NCBI GenBank assembly: GCA_002633005.1
Contig: NMRA01000053.1
Span: 248,001-312,000 of the forward strand
Direction: 5' to 3'
Length of the DNA: 64,000 nucleotides
Origin: Phoronis australis
Lineage: Eukaryota > Animalia > Phoronida
The notes beneath the pieces are model-generated. The model was not told where the DNA came from. It ran no database searches and was given only the letters and a program-made list of their open reading frames with translations. How positions within the stretch are numbered: position 1 is the first letter of the stretch; every line of letters starts with the position of its first letter. Shown in pieces: positions 39,978 through 52,322 of this stretch. A program made the translations under genes and the position numbers.

Positions 39978-41337
39978 CCGTATTCACCCTAATGAGCGCC
40001 ATGCCCCTATAAGCACCCTCCACGCGTTTTCAGACTTTGCTAAAATAAGCGCCCAGTCCACGAACGCCGTGTACATGTGAAAAATGTCTTACCTACAGTT
40101 TTAAAATTCTACAGTAACGTCTTCAATTTATCAATAAAATCCGGCAGTCCTGAAAAAATCATTGTGCGTGGAATTTGTAGACCGCGAGCCTCGCCACTAT
40201 GTCCGTATTTAGCCGTGACTATACACTTCAAAATTATGCCGTGCTTCAAAAAGAACGCAGAAGTTTTGCTGATCTTGTGAGGGACGTGTCTTATTACGGT
40301 CTGGCCTTTCAGAACAGACGAAGTGTACTTGAGGGATTGCATTGTATCTTTCTCGTACAGATCTTCTCCCTGAACAGGAATCCAAATTTCTGTGTATATG
40401 TGAAAACTGCAAATCGAAGACTAGTAAAAACTTGACCTTTGTTAAAAGCACGTGGCCAGGAAGCTTGTGCTACATTAGTACCTGTCATCAAAGATTAGTC
40501 GTCGGGAATTATCTATTCATGAAACGGGTAGCATAGCATCGGCAAGAAATAAATACTGGCACTTATTTCCAAACGTTTTTAATACCGTAAAAAACATTTG
40601 CGTTATTTGTAGGAGGAATTATTAAATTAATCGTAATTGGTGTTTTTAAATTCAAAATGACCCACTGATAGTGAACACTTCCGCACCCTTACACCCCCCT
40701 GAAAAATAACTGTCAGACTGTCACGCATCCAGTCACCCGGCGACTGAGACAATTCTCAAACGTTTTGAGATCAACAAGTGCTAAACAAAACACGTTCTGC
40801 TTTACTGCTTGTGTTAATTTCTTTAATTGTACACCTAGATGATTACATCGCGTTTACTCTGGCAATTGAACTCTGATGACATGCACGAGCTCGCTCACAC
40901 AATACGCAGACGAACTTCAAAAGAAGCGTCATGTGACAACAACGTGTGTTCGGCCATAGATTTTTCTCGAGTTGTGGCTGGGGTCCGATGTAGCGCAGAT
41001 TTGGACTTAATATGCAGTTAATCCCAACTCCACAGGAAATTAAAAATCTTAGGGAAGCTATTTTGAAAACTTAAGGACTTCAGGCAATTTGTTGAGTCGA
41101 AACTATATTTCTACTTAAGAATTCAAGTTGACCTATTGGCGATCGCGAGGCAGCAACGCATAAGTCGGTGAGTTTTTGCACTGGGATTTTCTGAAAAATG
41201 CTCATAATTTAACAAGAAAGTTTGATAGCAATGCACTGCAGTTTTGTAGAAACTGTCATAGGTTACAGATTCGTCACAGAGCGTAAATTTGATGATTTCT
41301 AGCTTACGATTTTACCTGTTTCGGAGACTGGTTTTCA
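39978..41337 (-). mobile_element. Second, inverted copy of Tc2-like family B; lacks ~65 bp of one end
   Basis: Begins CCGTATTCACCCTAATGAGCGCC and is collinear with the reverse complement of 20925-22340. Confidence 0.8.
40109..40420 (-). pseudogene. HIRAN-domain-like reading frame (103 open codons) inside the transposon
   Basis: SSICSFHIYTEIWIPVQGEDLYEKDTMQSLKYTSSVLKGQTVIRHVPHKISKTSAFFLKHGIILKCIVTAKYGHSGEARGLQIPRTMIFSGLPDFIDKLKTLL*. Fits the S.IRG.H.Y..IW.P..GE.L...V...VGHVP..IS..FL..G...C.VT...GL.IPC pattern of stand-alone invertebrate HIRAN proteins, with decayed conserved residues. Confidence 0.7.
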
Positions 41338-41496
41338 TGCAGGCTCTTTTCTTGACTGTTTTGTGACAACTTACATCACTTGCCAGAAACTGTTGTTGTT
41401 ACCATTGCCATGATGTGGCCATAACTCTTAATGTGTAAATATTTTCACCTCTAAACTATTTAGAAAAGCAACTTTAACTATCCATAGCTTCGGAGC

Positions 41497-41582
41497 AATC
41501 TTGAGTAAAAACAATTTAAGGTTATGTAATACCCAAGAAAATCTTGAGTAAAAACAATTTAAGGTTATGTAATACCCAAGAA
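41497..41582. repeat. Perfect 43-bp tandem duplication
   Basis: aatcttgagtaaaaacaatttaaggttatgtaatacccaagaa twice. Confidence 0.9.
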
Positions 41583-41894
41583 AAGTGTTCAAAGTTGGCT
41601 GACTTTGGAACATCCTACCTCAGAAATGGCTGATCGGACCCCTTTGGACTTTCAGATACCATGCTGAATATACACTGTTCTCCAAAACTCTATTATTAGT
41701 AATTGTTTTTTTTATAATATTACACTTTTGCATGAGGGGTAACAAAAATTATTATTTATTATTTTAATGGAAAATCTCAAGTTTTCATAAAATGATAACG
41801 TAATGCTAATTTAGAAAACTCCAAAAGCGTTTTCGAGAGAGCATCATATCATACAAAAGTTTGTCATATCATTGAGGCCTTTGTTTTGCCATGA

Positions 41895-42640
41895 ATGAAC
41901 CTTTCTTTTTGCTACTTGGACATTACTTGGGTGCAGAACCAGTGTTGTCACTATCAGCACCACAACCTCTCTCATGTCCAAACAGCTGCATTCTGTCAAT
42001 TGCATCTCTATTCTCCCTTGGCTCTACCTCTCTAAGCGCTCCGAGAATCTCTCTCTCTCCCAATCTGAGGGCGCCCTGTATCGATGCATTTCCCGCTTAC
42101 TTGTCAGCTTTCTCCGGCATTTCTGGCGACCCCGGCATGCCCAGGGGGAGAATATCCAAGTCAGCTTTCTCAATCCACTGTTTTGTAAATGCAGCAGCCA
42201 CACGGGTTTGAGATATCCCTTTTCGATTTTTCTCAGCATGCTCTGAGAGTCTGTCACAATAACTGCACACGTGTGCGTGCTTTCCTGTAGCCATGCAACT
42301 GCCTTTTCAGCAGCAACCTGCTCCATCTTCATACTAGATGTTGTGAGCTCATATGCCTCACCATTTTCCGCTACTATTATGCCATCCACATTGACTACAT
42401 ACCCCCATCCAGATCTTTCTCCTCTTTTAACCGATCCATCAGTGTACACCACAGCAACTCCGTCACTACAATTTTCATAGACCAGCTCAAGAACTTCACT
42501 GTTAACTGCACAAGCCGCCCTATCACGACACTCTCCACCCATAGTAATGACAACCCTGGTGAATCTGCTGCTTTGTCATCTTCCTTCATATACCGTTCTC
42601 CTCTGCAAACCAGATCCAGCTCACACACTCTTTCTACTGT
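41895..42640 (-). mobile_element. Non-LTR retrotransposon fragment encoding RNase H (pseudogenised), inserted in a MITE
   Basis: VVYTDGSV...SGWGY...SSMKMEQVA...IVTDSQS...LTWIF/PGHAGVARN/EKADK are RNase HI motifs with frameshifts; flanked on both sides by halves of the TGTAGG MITE. Confidence 0.8.
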
Positions 42641-44364
42641 GATTTCTTTTTGCTAAATTGTATTAAAACACATAGTCATGTGACCCAATTAATGACAGGC
42701 TGGTATCAAGTCAAAAATCCAGTTTTGTAGATAGTTGACTGAATACACATACTTGTCGATGATTTCCATCATACCCTTAGTTTCAAATCTTAGTTGGTGA
42801 TCCAGCTGTAGGCCAGGCACAACACTTCTCACAATTTTGGAGAAGATAAAATCATAAAAATTACTGATATCATTTTATGTTAGGTAGACTGTACTGGGAA
42901 CCTCGCAAAATGTCGTATGTAGGTTTATCCTCACTCCATAATATGAGTCTTGGGTTTTTAAGCCCTGAAGTATTATTGATATGATCCTAATCTTATATGA
43001 CCAGATGCTTTGTGTTGTTCTTGTAATTCCCTTTGATTCATTTGTTTTTTTTTATTGCCTGAAGGTGTCTAGTTCATTTTGTTGATGAAATCATAATGCT
43101 GTTCATGGGTATACCACACGGTGATCCTGGTTTGATCTAAATCCCTGTTGTGATCATATTTGTTCATTATTGTTTATGTTAAGCACCTGATCTTTCTTGT
43201 TTTCTAACAGCTTTGAGTCTCTCACAAATTACCATGAAGTCTAGATATAGAGCCTTAATTTTGAAAAGGTGCTCGATTTTACTAGCAGGTGGTGTTGTCC
43301 ATGAATTAGGTAAAGGGACTTCTGAGTTATCAATCACCCTCACCACTGTATACTATTCAACATGTAAGTAGCGGGAAATGTCACATGATGAACGTGGGAA
43401 ACATAAATTGTTTTCATTTTTTATCATTTTTATCCTTTTTATTTCTATGCTATAACTTTATCTTGACAATGTTTTGAGAAATTGTGGCCCCATACAACAA
43501 TGTTAGCCGAGAAGCATTTAAAAGTGAAAAAAGCATAAATTTTGGCCTACTAATTGTTTCTGACATTGGTGACATTACTTCAACCACACTGTGATTTTAT
43601 TTTTGTGAGTAAAGAATAGCTTTGATGAATTTAAGCTATAGCCCAAGTGGATCACATGAGAATAGAAGGGTATTATGCATTACTTGTAGCTCACGATGAT
43701 CACAAGCAGGAGAAATGAGTTTGTGATAGCATTTTTTGAAATAATTATGGCGCTGATTTTTAAAACTTAAATAAGAGCATTGATTTTTGTGTTTTATACA
43801 GGAAGTTTATGACCCAAAACATTACCGTTTAGTAAGTAAAAATGTAATATGTTACAACTCTCGTTTGTAATGGCTTGTCAGCACAATTGCTTTTTCTTGT
43901 TTCTATGGTAACCAAGTGATGTTAAAAGTGTTTCCTTGTTATGGCTTTTCCTTGAAATCGTGAATAATATCAACTTGAGGTGTGTAAGATGCGTGTGTCA
44001 CAGACCTGCTCTACAAAGCTAAGCTATGCACTTCCTTGATTTATTATGATCGGGAAACTTACCTATTGTGGACACTTCCATTTCTCAGGGGTAATGGTGC
44101 ATTTGTTAGTGGCTCTTGATTTTGAGAAATTAGTCTTGAACTCAAAAAATCGCTGTGGCACCATTAGTTTTCTTATTTTTGTATTCATTTTCAGTAAATT
44201 CACTTTGCAACGTGTGGAGTTGTTTTTGTTACAGCCTTCATTTACTCATTAACATGGTTGGGTTCTTTTGATCTTTTCTCGACCATATTTTGTTTTATCC
44301 CACATTATTGATGGGGCGCTGCTGCGTGGTTATAATTCAGTAAAAATGCAGTACCTGGAAAATG

Positions 44365-44728
44365 GGTACCTGAGACAATACCGAATTATGAGACACTCTA
44401 CCTAAGACCAATGCCTAGTGATAAGACACTGCTCATGATAATATTGAGTGATGAGACACTTTATCTAAGGCCAGTACACTGACTGATGAGAACCTAAAAA
44501 ACCAATACCGAATGATGAGACATTCTACTCAAGACCAATACCAAGTGATGAGATACTCTCCCTCAGACCAGTAGCGAGTGGTGAGACATTCTAGAATAAG
44601 ACCAATACTGAATGATGAGACATTGTACCTGAGACCAATACCGAGTGATGAGACAGTCTACCTCAGACCAGTAGAACTGTATGCTAAGACCACTATCTAA
44701 AGATGAGACATTGAGACACTCTACCTGT
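44365..44728. repeat. Degenerate 33-bp minisatellite (~10 units)
   Basis: Consensus gagtgatgagacactctacctaagaccaatacc. Confidence 0.85.
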
Positions 44729-47700
44729 TAACAACAGCGTCGTGATACGCCAAAGCTATATATTCCCTCGTATGGGGGTAATGATAACCACTCAAGACAG
44801 GTGTATCTGAACTGGAAAAATACCCATACGCCAACTGCTGTTGTTTATTCAGGCAAAACCATACTGTGAATTGATTTGGATTCATAGCTTAATTGTCAGG
44901 CAAAAGGCACGAACTCATCCAAGAACTTTACCACTAACAGGTGGTGCTGCTTGTTTGTCTTGTTCTCGTGAAGTCAACCAATAGGGATATTTGACTTTCA
45001 GAGAGTTTTAGAGCTTTTTTGTATTTGTAGCGATAATAATTCATTATATATATTCCAATCCCACAATCAACTTGTAAAGTGGCATGTTTCAGTTGTGTTT
45101 AGACCCTAGAGACATTGTCAATATTCAACGAAATTTGAATTTGCCTTGATAATTCAGTGTAAAATAGGTGTTTTTACCAAACAAAAATAAATTGTCTTGG
45201 TCGTATACAGAAATTGTAACAAATCATTTGATCCATACATCATGAAAAACGATTGTTTCAGTAGAGGTCATTTTGCACTATGATTAAGCGTAGACAAACA
45301 CATTAAGCCTTTGCTTACAAAAACAGCTGAATCTTTACCGCCGAGTAAAAATTGCGTGTGTAATCAATTTTTAATATTCACAAGCTTTTGCACTGGTTAC
45401 AATTTACGTCGACCGAGAAAGGCAAAAGTTTAAAGCTTTTTCTGGAACAATTTCACCTGTGAGCAACTACAAATTTTGTATTATAATTCCCCCAAACAAC
45501 TCGTGGTTAGGATATAATCGCATACAATCCAGCGCCACCTGTTAGTGGCAAAGCCGGTCACATGCCACACGACTTGTTACTGCGTGCAGTGACACCTGTT
45601 AGTGGTAAAGCCCAAATGCTTGACTGATACATTTTGCAGTTGCGAGTATCTATGCAGGGATATATTGTAATCCTACATTCAAAAGATTAATGGTGATGAT
45701 TATAAATCGACTCTACCTCCATGCCAACCTTTGAGTCGTGTGAAGCAACAAAACTAAATTGCGACTCATCAAACTCGTCAGATTCATTGGCAGCATGAAA
45801 TATGCAGCAACTGCTTGTTTTTGAATTGAAAACATCCCCCAAAAATTTATTGCCAGTTGTTAGAAACAGTTCATCCTTTTGGTATGTCCCTTAAGGTTTG
45901 GCTGTATTGCATCACTGATAACACTAAAGCTCCATGATTGCACAAACAAGGGGTTTGGTCATTGTCTTTTATACGCAGGTATATTGATTGTGGTTTATGG
46001 TGGGTTTCAGAGGAATTTACAAACTGATAAGGTTAATATAACCTTGTGTAAATTCAGGATGTTGTGCTTATGTAGAGTTATAGCTTGTTTGTTGGCACTT
46101 AATACATGACGTGTTTCTTGGGGTGTGTACCCTATACCGTAGGTCGATCAATGTACGTAAATAAATGTTTGTAAACATTTCATCAGTAAACAAGACCATA
46201 AATTTCGAGTGAGACCTGAGCTCCATTCGCGTCAGCATTTGAGAATAAAGAATCATTGCATTGCCTGTTAAGGCACGAAATGCTTCATATTGGAGCTGCT
46301 ATGGATCGGATTTTTTGGTTCAGTTTGGTTCTCACTGTAAAAAGTGTATTAAACTCCTAGTCACTGAAAAATCAAAGGCATTATGGTGTTTATCATTTAT
46401 GTGGAGACTAAATTATTAAAATCATGAGATCACCCATTTCTTGGTTTTGGAAAATTTGTTTAGAAATAGTGTTTTTTATTATGTTGGAATAAATAAATAT
46501 GTTAATTTCAAATAAAATTTTACCCAAAATAAAAGTTTGTATGAAAATCTAATTTTATTCTGCCACATTTAGTTATACTACCTGCAATTAAGCGAACGAA
46601 TGAAATTCCACTGTGAAACTGTGTTACTGCACGGGTAATTCAAAATGTTAGTACTTCTACAGAAACGATAGTTCTGCATTATTTTGATGCTCTTTGTTCC
46701 CCATTCTTTATCACGTAGTTTGGGTATTTGTTAACTCATACGTACAGCTGCATTTGCTGGAGGTGCACTTGACATGGAGCCGCTGATAAGGAGCAAGTGA
46801 TCCTGCGTGTGTAAGTGCAGCAGACAACGCGGCGGCCATTTTTGTCAACAGTTTGAGAGTTTGAGCAAGTTGTGTTTGATCAGTTGCTCTGGTGTCAACT
46901 CCACATCTAAACACAAACTCAGGCTATTTGGAGGGATCATTTTTTATTGCATAATTTGCATAATAGGGTACGTGGAGGTGATCACTATTTTTTAGGAGTT
47001 CCCATTCTTAAAGCGAACATGCGTAGACTGTCTTCATATAATTGACTAATCTGTGCTGATCCAGTTTGCAATAATGTTGTGTAAACGCGACTAAAATCCA
47101 GCAACTCGTGCCGCGACAACTCGTGCTGTGGCAAGTGTTCCTTTTGTAAAAACAGCTAAGCATGTGTACGAAATTGTGGTTGGAAACATTCTACGTGCAA
47201 CTGTTTAGCATTCTCAGAACAGAACAGCCTGTTACCCTTCTTTCAAATTTTAATTCTGGTGTGCAAGACATACCGAGTTGACAGGGATCAAATGTAATTT
47301 ATTTCATTCATGGACATTTTTAAGATGTTGAAATTTTTGTGTGAGTATCCCCTCTACAGAACAATGGCAATTTGATGGGTAGCGTGATTGTCATAAAGAG
47401 TTTATAAAAGGCACTGGAGGTATTAATATCCCACTGCTTTAAATGTGTACAAGAATGCAAACGCTGTCCTCTAGCTACCCATTTGCCATCTAGTGACCAG
47501 GCATATGTCGCCGCTTTGTTCAATGACTGCATGAGATGAGATGAGTTAATTCGCTCTCGTTATACAGCTAAAGTCATCTACCATCATCTGTCCTCGTTGT
47601 GTACGTATGCTTGGTACTTGAACTGAGCTTGTTTGGGGTCAGTGCACCCGTGCTCTGGTTGCAAACCAAAGCGGAACTGTGTAGTGTTTTCTGATGTACT

Positions 47701-48071
47701 AATCCAAGGGTTTCTCTTCCATTGAAAATGCAGAGATTACGTGGGCAGTGGGCAATGGAGGAAACGGTTTTCCAAAGAAACAATACGAGATAAAAAAATC
47801 ATACCTGAGTTGTCAATATCAAGACCCACCCATTCGACCCATTCCTCAGTCACTGCAAAGGCAGTTGCCCAACATGAAACCAGATAGCCAAATTGCCCTC
47901 CGGAAATGATATCTGAAGTTAACAATACACACCCAATTTGGTGGTATGTCCCTACCATCTCCTTTGGGAAAGCCTCCCTCCTCGTGTGCTTCACAACAAG
48001 TTTATTTACTTCTTTGTCACTACTAATGTTGTCGTCATTGTCAGTAAAACTGAGTCTCTGTTTCATTTCAG

Positions 48072-48194
48072 ATTCCTGTGCGGGTACTCCTTGTAGTGGC
48101 CATGGTAACTGTACAGCCCTAAACAGCACCGTTGACGGTCGCAACTTTAGCTGTGCATGCAACCCCCAGTACCAGGGACCCACCTGCAGTCAGG
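48072..48194 (+). CDS. EGF-like domain exon of the EGF-repeat protein
   Basis: tttcatttcag acceptor, G|GTTAGT donor, 123 nt, phase 1-1; (D)SCAGTPCSGHGNCTALNSTVDGRNFSCACNPQYQGPTCSQ with 6 Cys. Confidence 0.9.
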
Positions 48195-48437
48195 GTTAGT
48201 GTAAATGCTATGGAGGTCAACCCACTGTTTAAGGCTGTTCCATAAAACGTAGCAGAAAAATTAATTAAATATTACAGAAATGTCACAGACATCAGAGAAT
48301 AAAACTTATAATCGACATATGTCCCGAATAATATGTAAATGATACGTGCGTCACAAGCTCGTTATCAGAGATATGAAAAAGAAACCGTGGTAGGCATTAT
48401 AAAGTCTTATTATGACTGATACAATTACAAGTAATAA

Positions 48438-51408
48438 GGCCTTTTCATACTTACTTAACTCCGGTCTAAGTGGAGCGTAGACGTTAACTGCAAGTTAACT
48501 AAACTGTTCATACTGGCTTTGGTAGTTAAGGAACATCGAAGTAAGCAGCAGGTGACGCTGTTGTCATCGAAGTAATCACAAGGTAGTGCTGCAAGCTAAG
48601 ATTTTTTAATGTGACAATTTGGGAACATTTACATGTGCTAATTGACATAAAACTTATTTTTACCGTGAACGTTCGGGTTAACGCCCATGCTCAGTTAACT
48701 GCCCAGCCCCTACTTTAGGTGGATTTTCGATTTAACCGCACACTGCTCAGTTAAGCCCCCCCCTGCAATTTTCAAAGATTTCCTGTTAAGCGCCCACCTC
48801 TCGGTTAAGCGCCCATCCCTGACTTTTAAAGAATGAAGATTTAGCGCCCAGTGCTAAGGAAACCTGCGATTCCCCGACTTTTAGAAAAAGATCGATGATC
48901 ACAATGAGCGCAACGACGCCGGGACTCCGAGACGGTGGTTTAGCAATCTGAATTACAATACAGGTAACGAGTTATTGTCTTGGGTTATGAACTCACTTCA
49001 AAATATAATACTTGAACCTTTTTGTCACTTTATTTTGTTCCCTTGTTTGCAAAGTTTAAGAACGCCGCCGGTGTCAAAACCTCCGCCACGCTGAGTTTCC
49101 GTCTGCAGTGCACTAGATAACACATATATTCGAAAAAATCAGGCCAGAGAAATGTGGCAATGGTTTTGCTAACCCTCCAAATTCTCTTAAGGTGGGAAGC
49201 TCTCGTATTATGGACAAATCTCACAACTCACGGAAAGATGTCAAATTCTCAATATTTTGATGAATGTAACTGCCGGGTTATAGAAGATGTGTGGCGACTG
49301 AAGGGACAGTACAAGTGCCCTAAGAACCCGTACTGGTCCTAGAAGTGCCTTACTGGATTACCGATTTCGTTGCTGCCTATCGATTTCTGAATTCAAAGGT
49401 TGGCAATAATGTATGTTTCTGTATGATCTTGAGGTAATAAAAAACTGCTAGTCAAATTTTGCTTTTCGCTTATTGCATCTCAGTCAAACTGGCGTTAGCA
49501 GATTTAACTAATGTCGCTGGCTGTTCTTTACTATTTCTTGCGTCAGCCCCCATGTAAGCGTGATTGTGTGAATTATCGTTTTCACATCCCCTTTTTAAAC
49601 ATTCAGAATAATTTTGTTTACACATTGGCCAGTTTCAGCCTGACCAAAAATTCTTACCATTCGAGTCTGAAATATCTACGATGCCTGACTGAAAATTGGC
49701 GATAGTGGGTAGGAGGTGCACGCAGCTAGCTACGGGCATGAGCTTAGGGAGCATCGAGCCGGGAAGAATCGGAACAGACGTGACATCGCAGTTTTGGGGA
49801 ACATTGGTAATGGAGAAATATCGTAAAGAACTAGGTCTTTCGTAACAACACTGAGCTTAAAAGTACATAGTCACGCCCGTTTTTGTTACTTAGAGCTAAT
49901 TCTCTTTTGATGTGTGACTTTGTAGTGGTGCACGTGCGCAAGTTCCCACACTTTGGAGTGCATGTTACCTTGACACCAACATGTGATTGACAGGTGACTC
50001 ACACGTAGGCCCTGCGTGCGTGCTGAATCCCACCGCTATCTTTGGCCATAAAAAACGAGATGCACATTGAAAGAGGCTGTTATATTACTTGACGGCATTT
50101 CCAAGTCACGATTGACAACCGACTGAGTCATTGTGCGCTAACAGCGGGACTGAACAGTGCCGCAGTGTGATATTGCAAATGATATAAATAGGATAATCTG
50201 GACATCTTGCATGAAAAATAAATGTTTTTCCACCACAAAGTTTGGTAAGGTGATTGTTTAAGAATGAATTGAAACATCGCTGTTTTTTGGTGTTTTATAA
50301 CATATTTATGCCGTGGCTCGAAATTTTATTCTTGATTGACGAGTGGCTCACGGCTGCTTAACTCCGATTCTTGTCTTAGGCCTACTTCTTTGCTGAGCAT
50401 GTTTGGCGCAACGGCAAGTGAGCCGGGCGGTCGAGATAAAACAGCTAGCCGCAGAACCATACGCTGAAAATGTCATTGAGTCATGGAGTGTCGACTATAA
50501 ACATCCCAGGCAAACACAAAAAAAACATCTGAATTAAGTTTTTCAAACTTTTATTACAACTAATTTTAAAACTGCTCTCTGACTATGAACTTAGCAGCTA
50601 GTACGAGACTGTAACTGATGTCTGCTGTGACTTCTGCATCACGTGAAGCTTGCACGTGCGCACTTAAGCAAGGTCACATCTTGAAATAGTTGCAATCCAA
50701 GTAGAGGCTGCGTGGTCACTGGTCGTCTGCGCTCTACAGGGCAAAGTAGCAAGACCGCAGGACGGCACGGAGCTTATACTCAGCAATTCTGTGAATTTAA
50801 TAGTGAATAACTAAGCTGAGGGCAAGACCACCTTTATTGGGATCATCCGCTGCTATGACATTTTTCCTGTCATGCGGCGACGTGACGATAACGCTCTTTG
50901 AAAAGTGCTACGCGTTCTGAGTATGTGTGTGGTGTGGGGACTTAGATCACGAGGTAAGATTAACCGCCCAGGGCGGTTGCCTGTCGTAATAAGCGCCCAT
51001 GTTTGGTTAACCGCCCACCCTGGATTTCTTGAAATTTCACGTTTAAGCGCCCATGTCTGGTTAACCGCCCACCCCCGATTTTTTGGGCTTGCCAATTTAA
51101 CCGCCCAGGGCGTTAACCCGAACATTTACGGTAATTGGATTGGTGATTATTCGAGCAAAATATAAGCAACTCTTAGCGACTATACTACCCTGAAATTGTT
51201 GGCGATAGCAGTGGCACCAGGCGATAACTTTGATGGGACCAAAGTTGACTGTTCATACTCCACTGTAGTGTCGACGCTTCACTGTTAAATCCACCTGTTA
51301 ACTGCTATGTTAATTAGAGCTGTTAAATTTGATCCAGGACCGAAGTTAAGCGCTCATACTGACCGTAACTCCCCAAACCATCGACGCGTCGATGTTAGTA
51401 TTTAAGGC
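48438..51408. mobile_element. Harbinger-like MITE host (48438-48660 plus 51134-51408) split by the Tc2-like insertion
   Basis: Imperfect TIRs GGCCTTTTCATACT / AGTATTTAAGGCC; the halves sum to ~500 bp, like the copy at 34558-35056. Confidence 0.5.
48663..51131. mobile_element. Non-autonomous Tc2/pogo-like DNA transposon, family A (2.47 kb)
   Basis: TA on both flanks; 24-bp TIRs CCGT(G/A)AA(C/T)GTTCGGGTTAACGCCC; arrays of TTAA(C/G)CGCCCA subterminal repeats at both ends; no transposase ORF seen. Confidence 0.85.
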
Positions 51409-52199
51409 CCTTTAGATAGGGAATAAAAATAAGTAAAATAAAAAATGATAATCTCTTGTAAGATGGGCAATAAAAAAGCGCCACAAGAGATGTTGTAAGA
51501 CAGCTCAGGCCCATCCATTTCACAAAAAAAATTCAGCAAATGAAATAGAATAATCTCTACACAAATATACAAACTAAAAAAAATGAAAATGTACAGACTG
51601 CGTCCAAAACAAAGGAAATGATACAGATAAAGAAAGAAAATACTGACTAGACACATGACAACAGTAAGCAACTTGACGCTTCAAATGATGCGGGCAGAGT
51701 GAAGTAGGGAACCAGTGAAATAATAGGCTAGAAAGGGTCTTGCGGCGAGACAGAAAACCAACGCTAAGTAAAACAAAAGAACATCGCATACAAAATACAC
51801 AATGAACAAAGTAACCTGCAAATCATCTGCAACATTAATTAAATGTCTGTTGCTTTGAAACAAGTAAGAATTTTTAGAAAGAAATGAAAGCTAATGGTTT
51901 TGACATTTACTAGAAGGATTTTTTCGCGATGAAAATGTTTTATTTTGCAGTACGAATTTCTGAAATTTTCTCTTTCTGTCACCGTGCAAAATGTAAAGAC
52001 GCTGTCTTCAATGGTTGTTGAAATTTGACTGTAAATTTTGTCAAGAATGTGAACATTGTGTTGTTTTCTTATTGAAAACTTTGTAGGAGACCTGTTTTTA
52101 TATGAAAAATGTTTTTAAAGCCTGATGAAGTTATCAAGGATATCCGTTTCAATCATTGTGAAGCTTTGAACCAAATGTTTTCTATCTGTATGTTTTCAG

Positions 52200-52322
52200 A
52201 TGTAAATGAATGTGAGAATAAGACACATAACTGTGATACCAACGCACAGTGTATTAATGTTCCTGGGGGTTTTAACTGTACTTGTAAAAGTGGTTTCCAA
52301 GGAAATGGAAGCAGCTGCACAG
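52200..52322 (+). CDS. Calcium-binding EGF exon of the EGF-repeat protein
   Basis: ttttcag acceptor, G|GTTTGT donor, 123 nt, phase 1-1; (D)VNECENKTHNCDTNAQCINVPGGFNCTCKSGFQGNGSSCT. Confidence 0.92.

Noticed and set aside
44365-44728. CRISPR-like array
   Set aside because: Contiguous degenerate tandem units with no unique spacers, in a eukaryotic intron.
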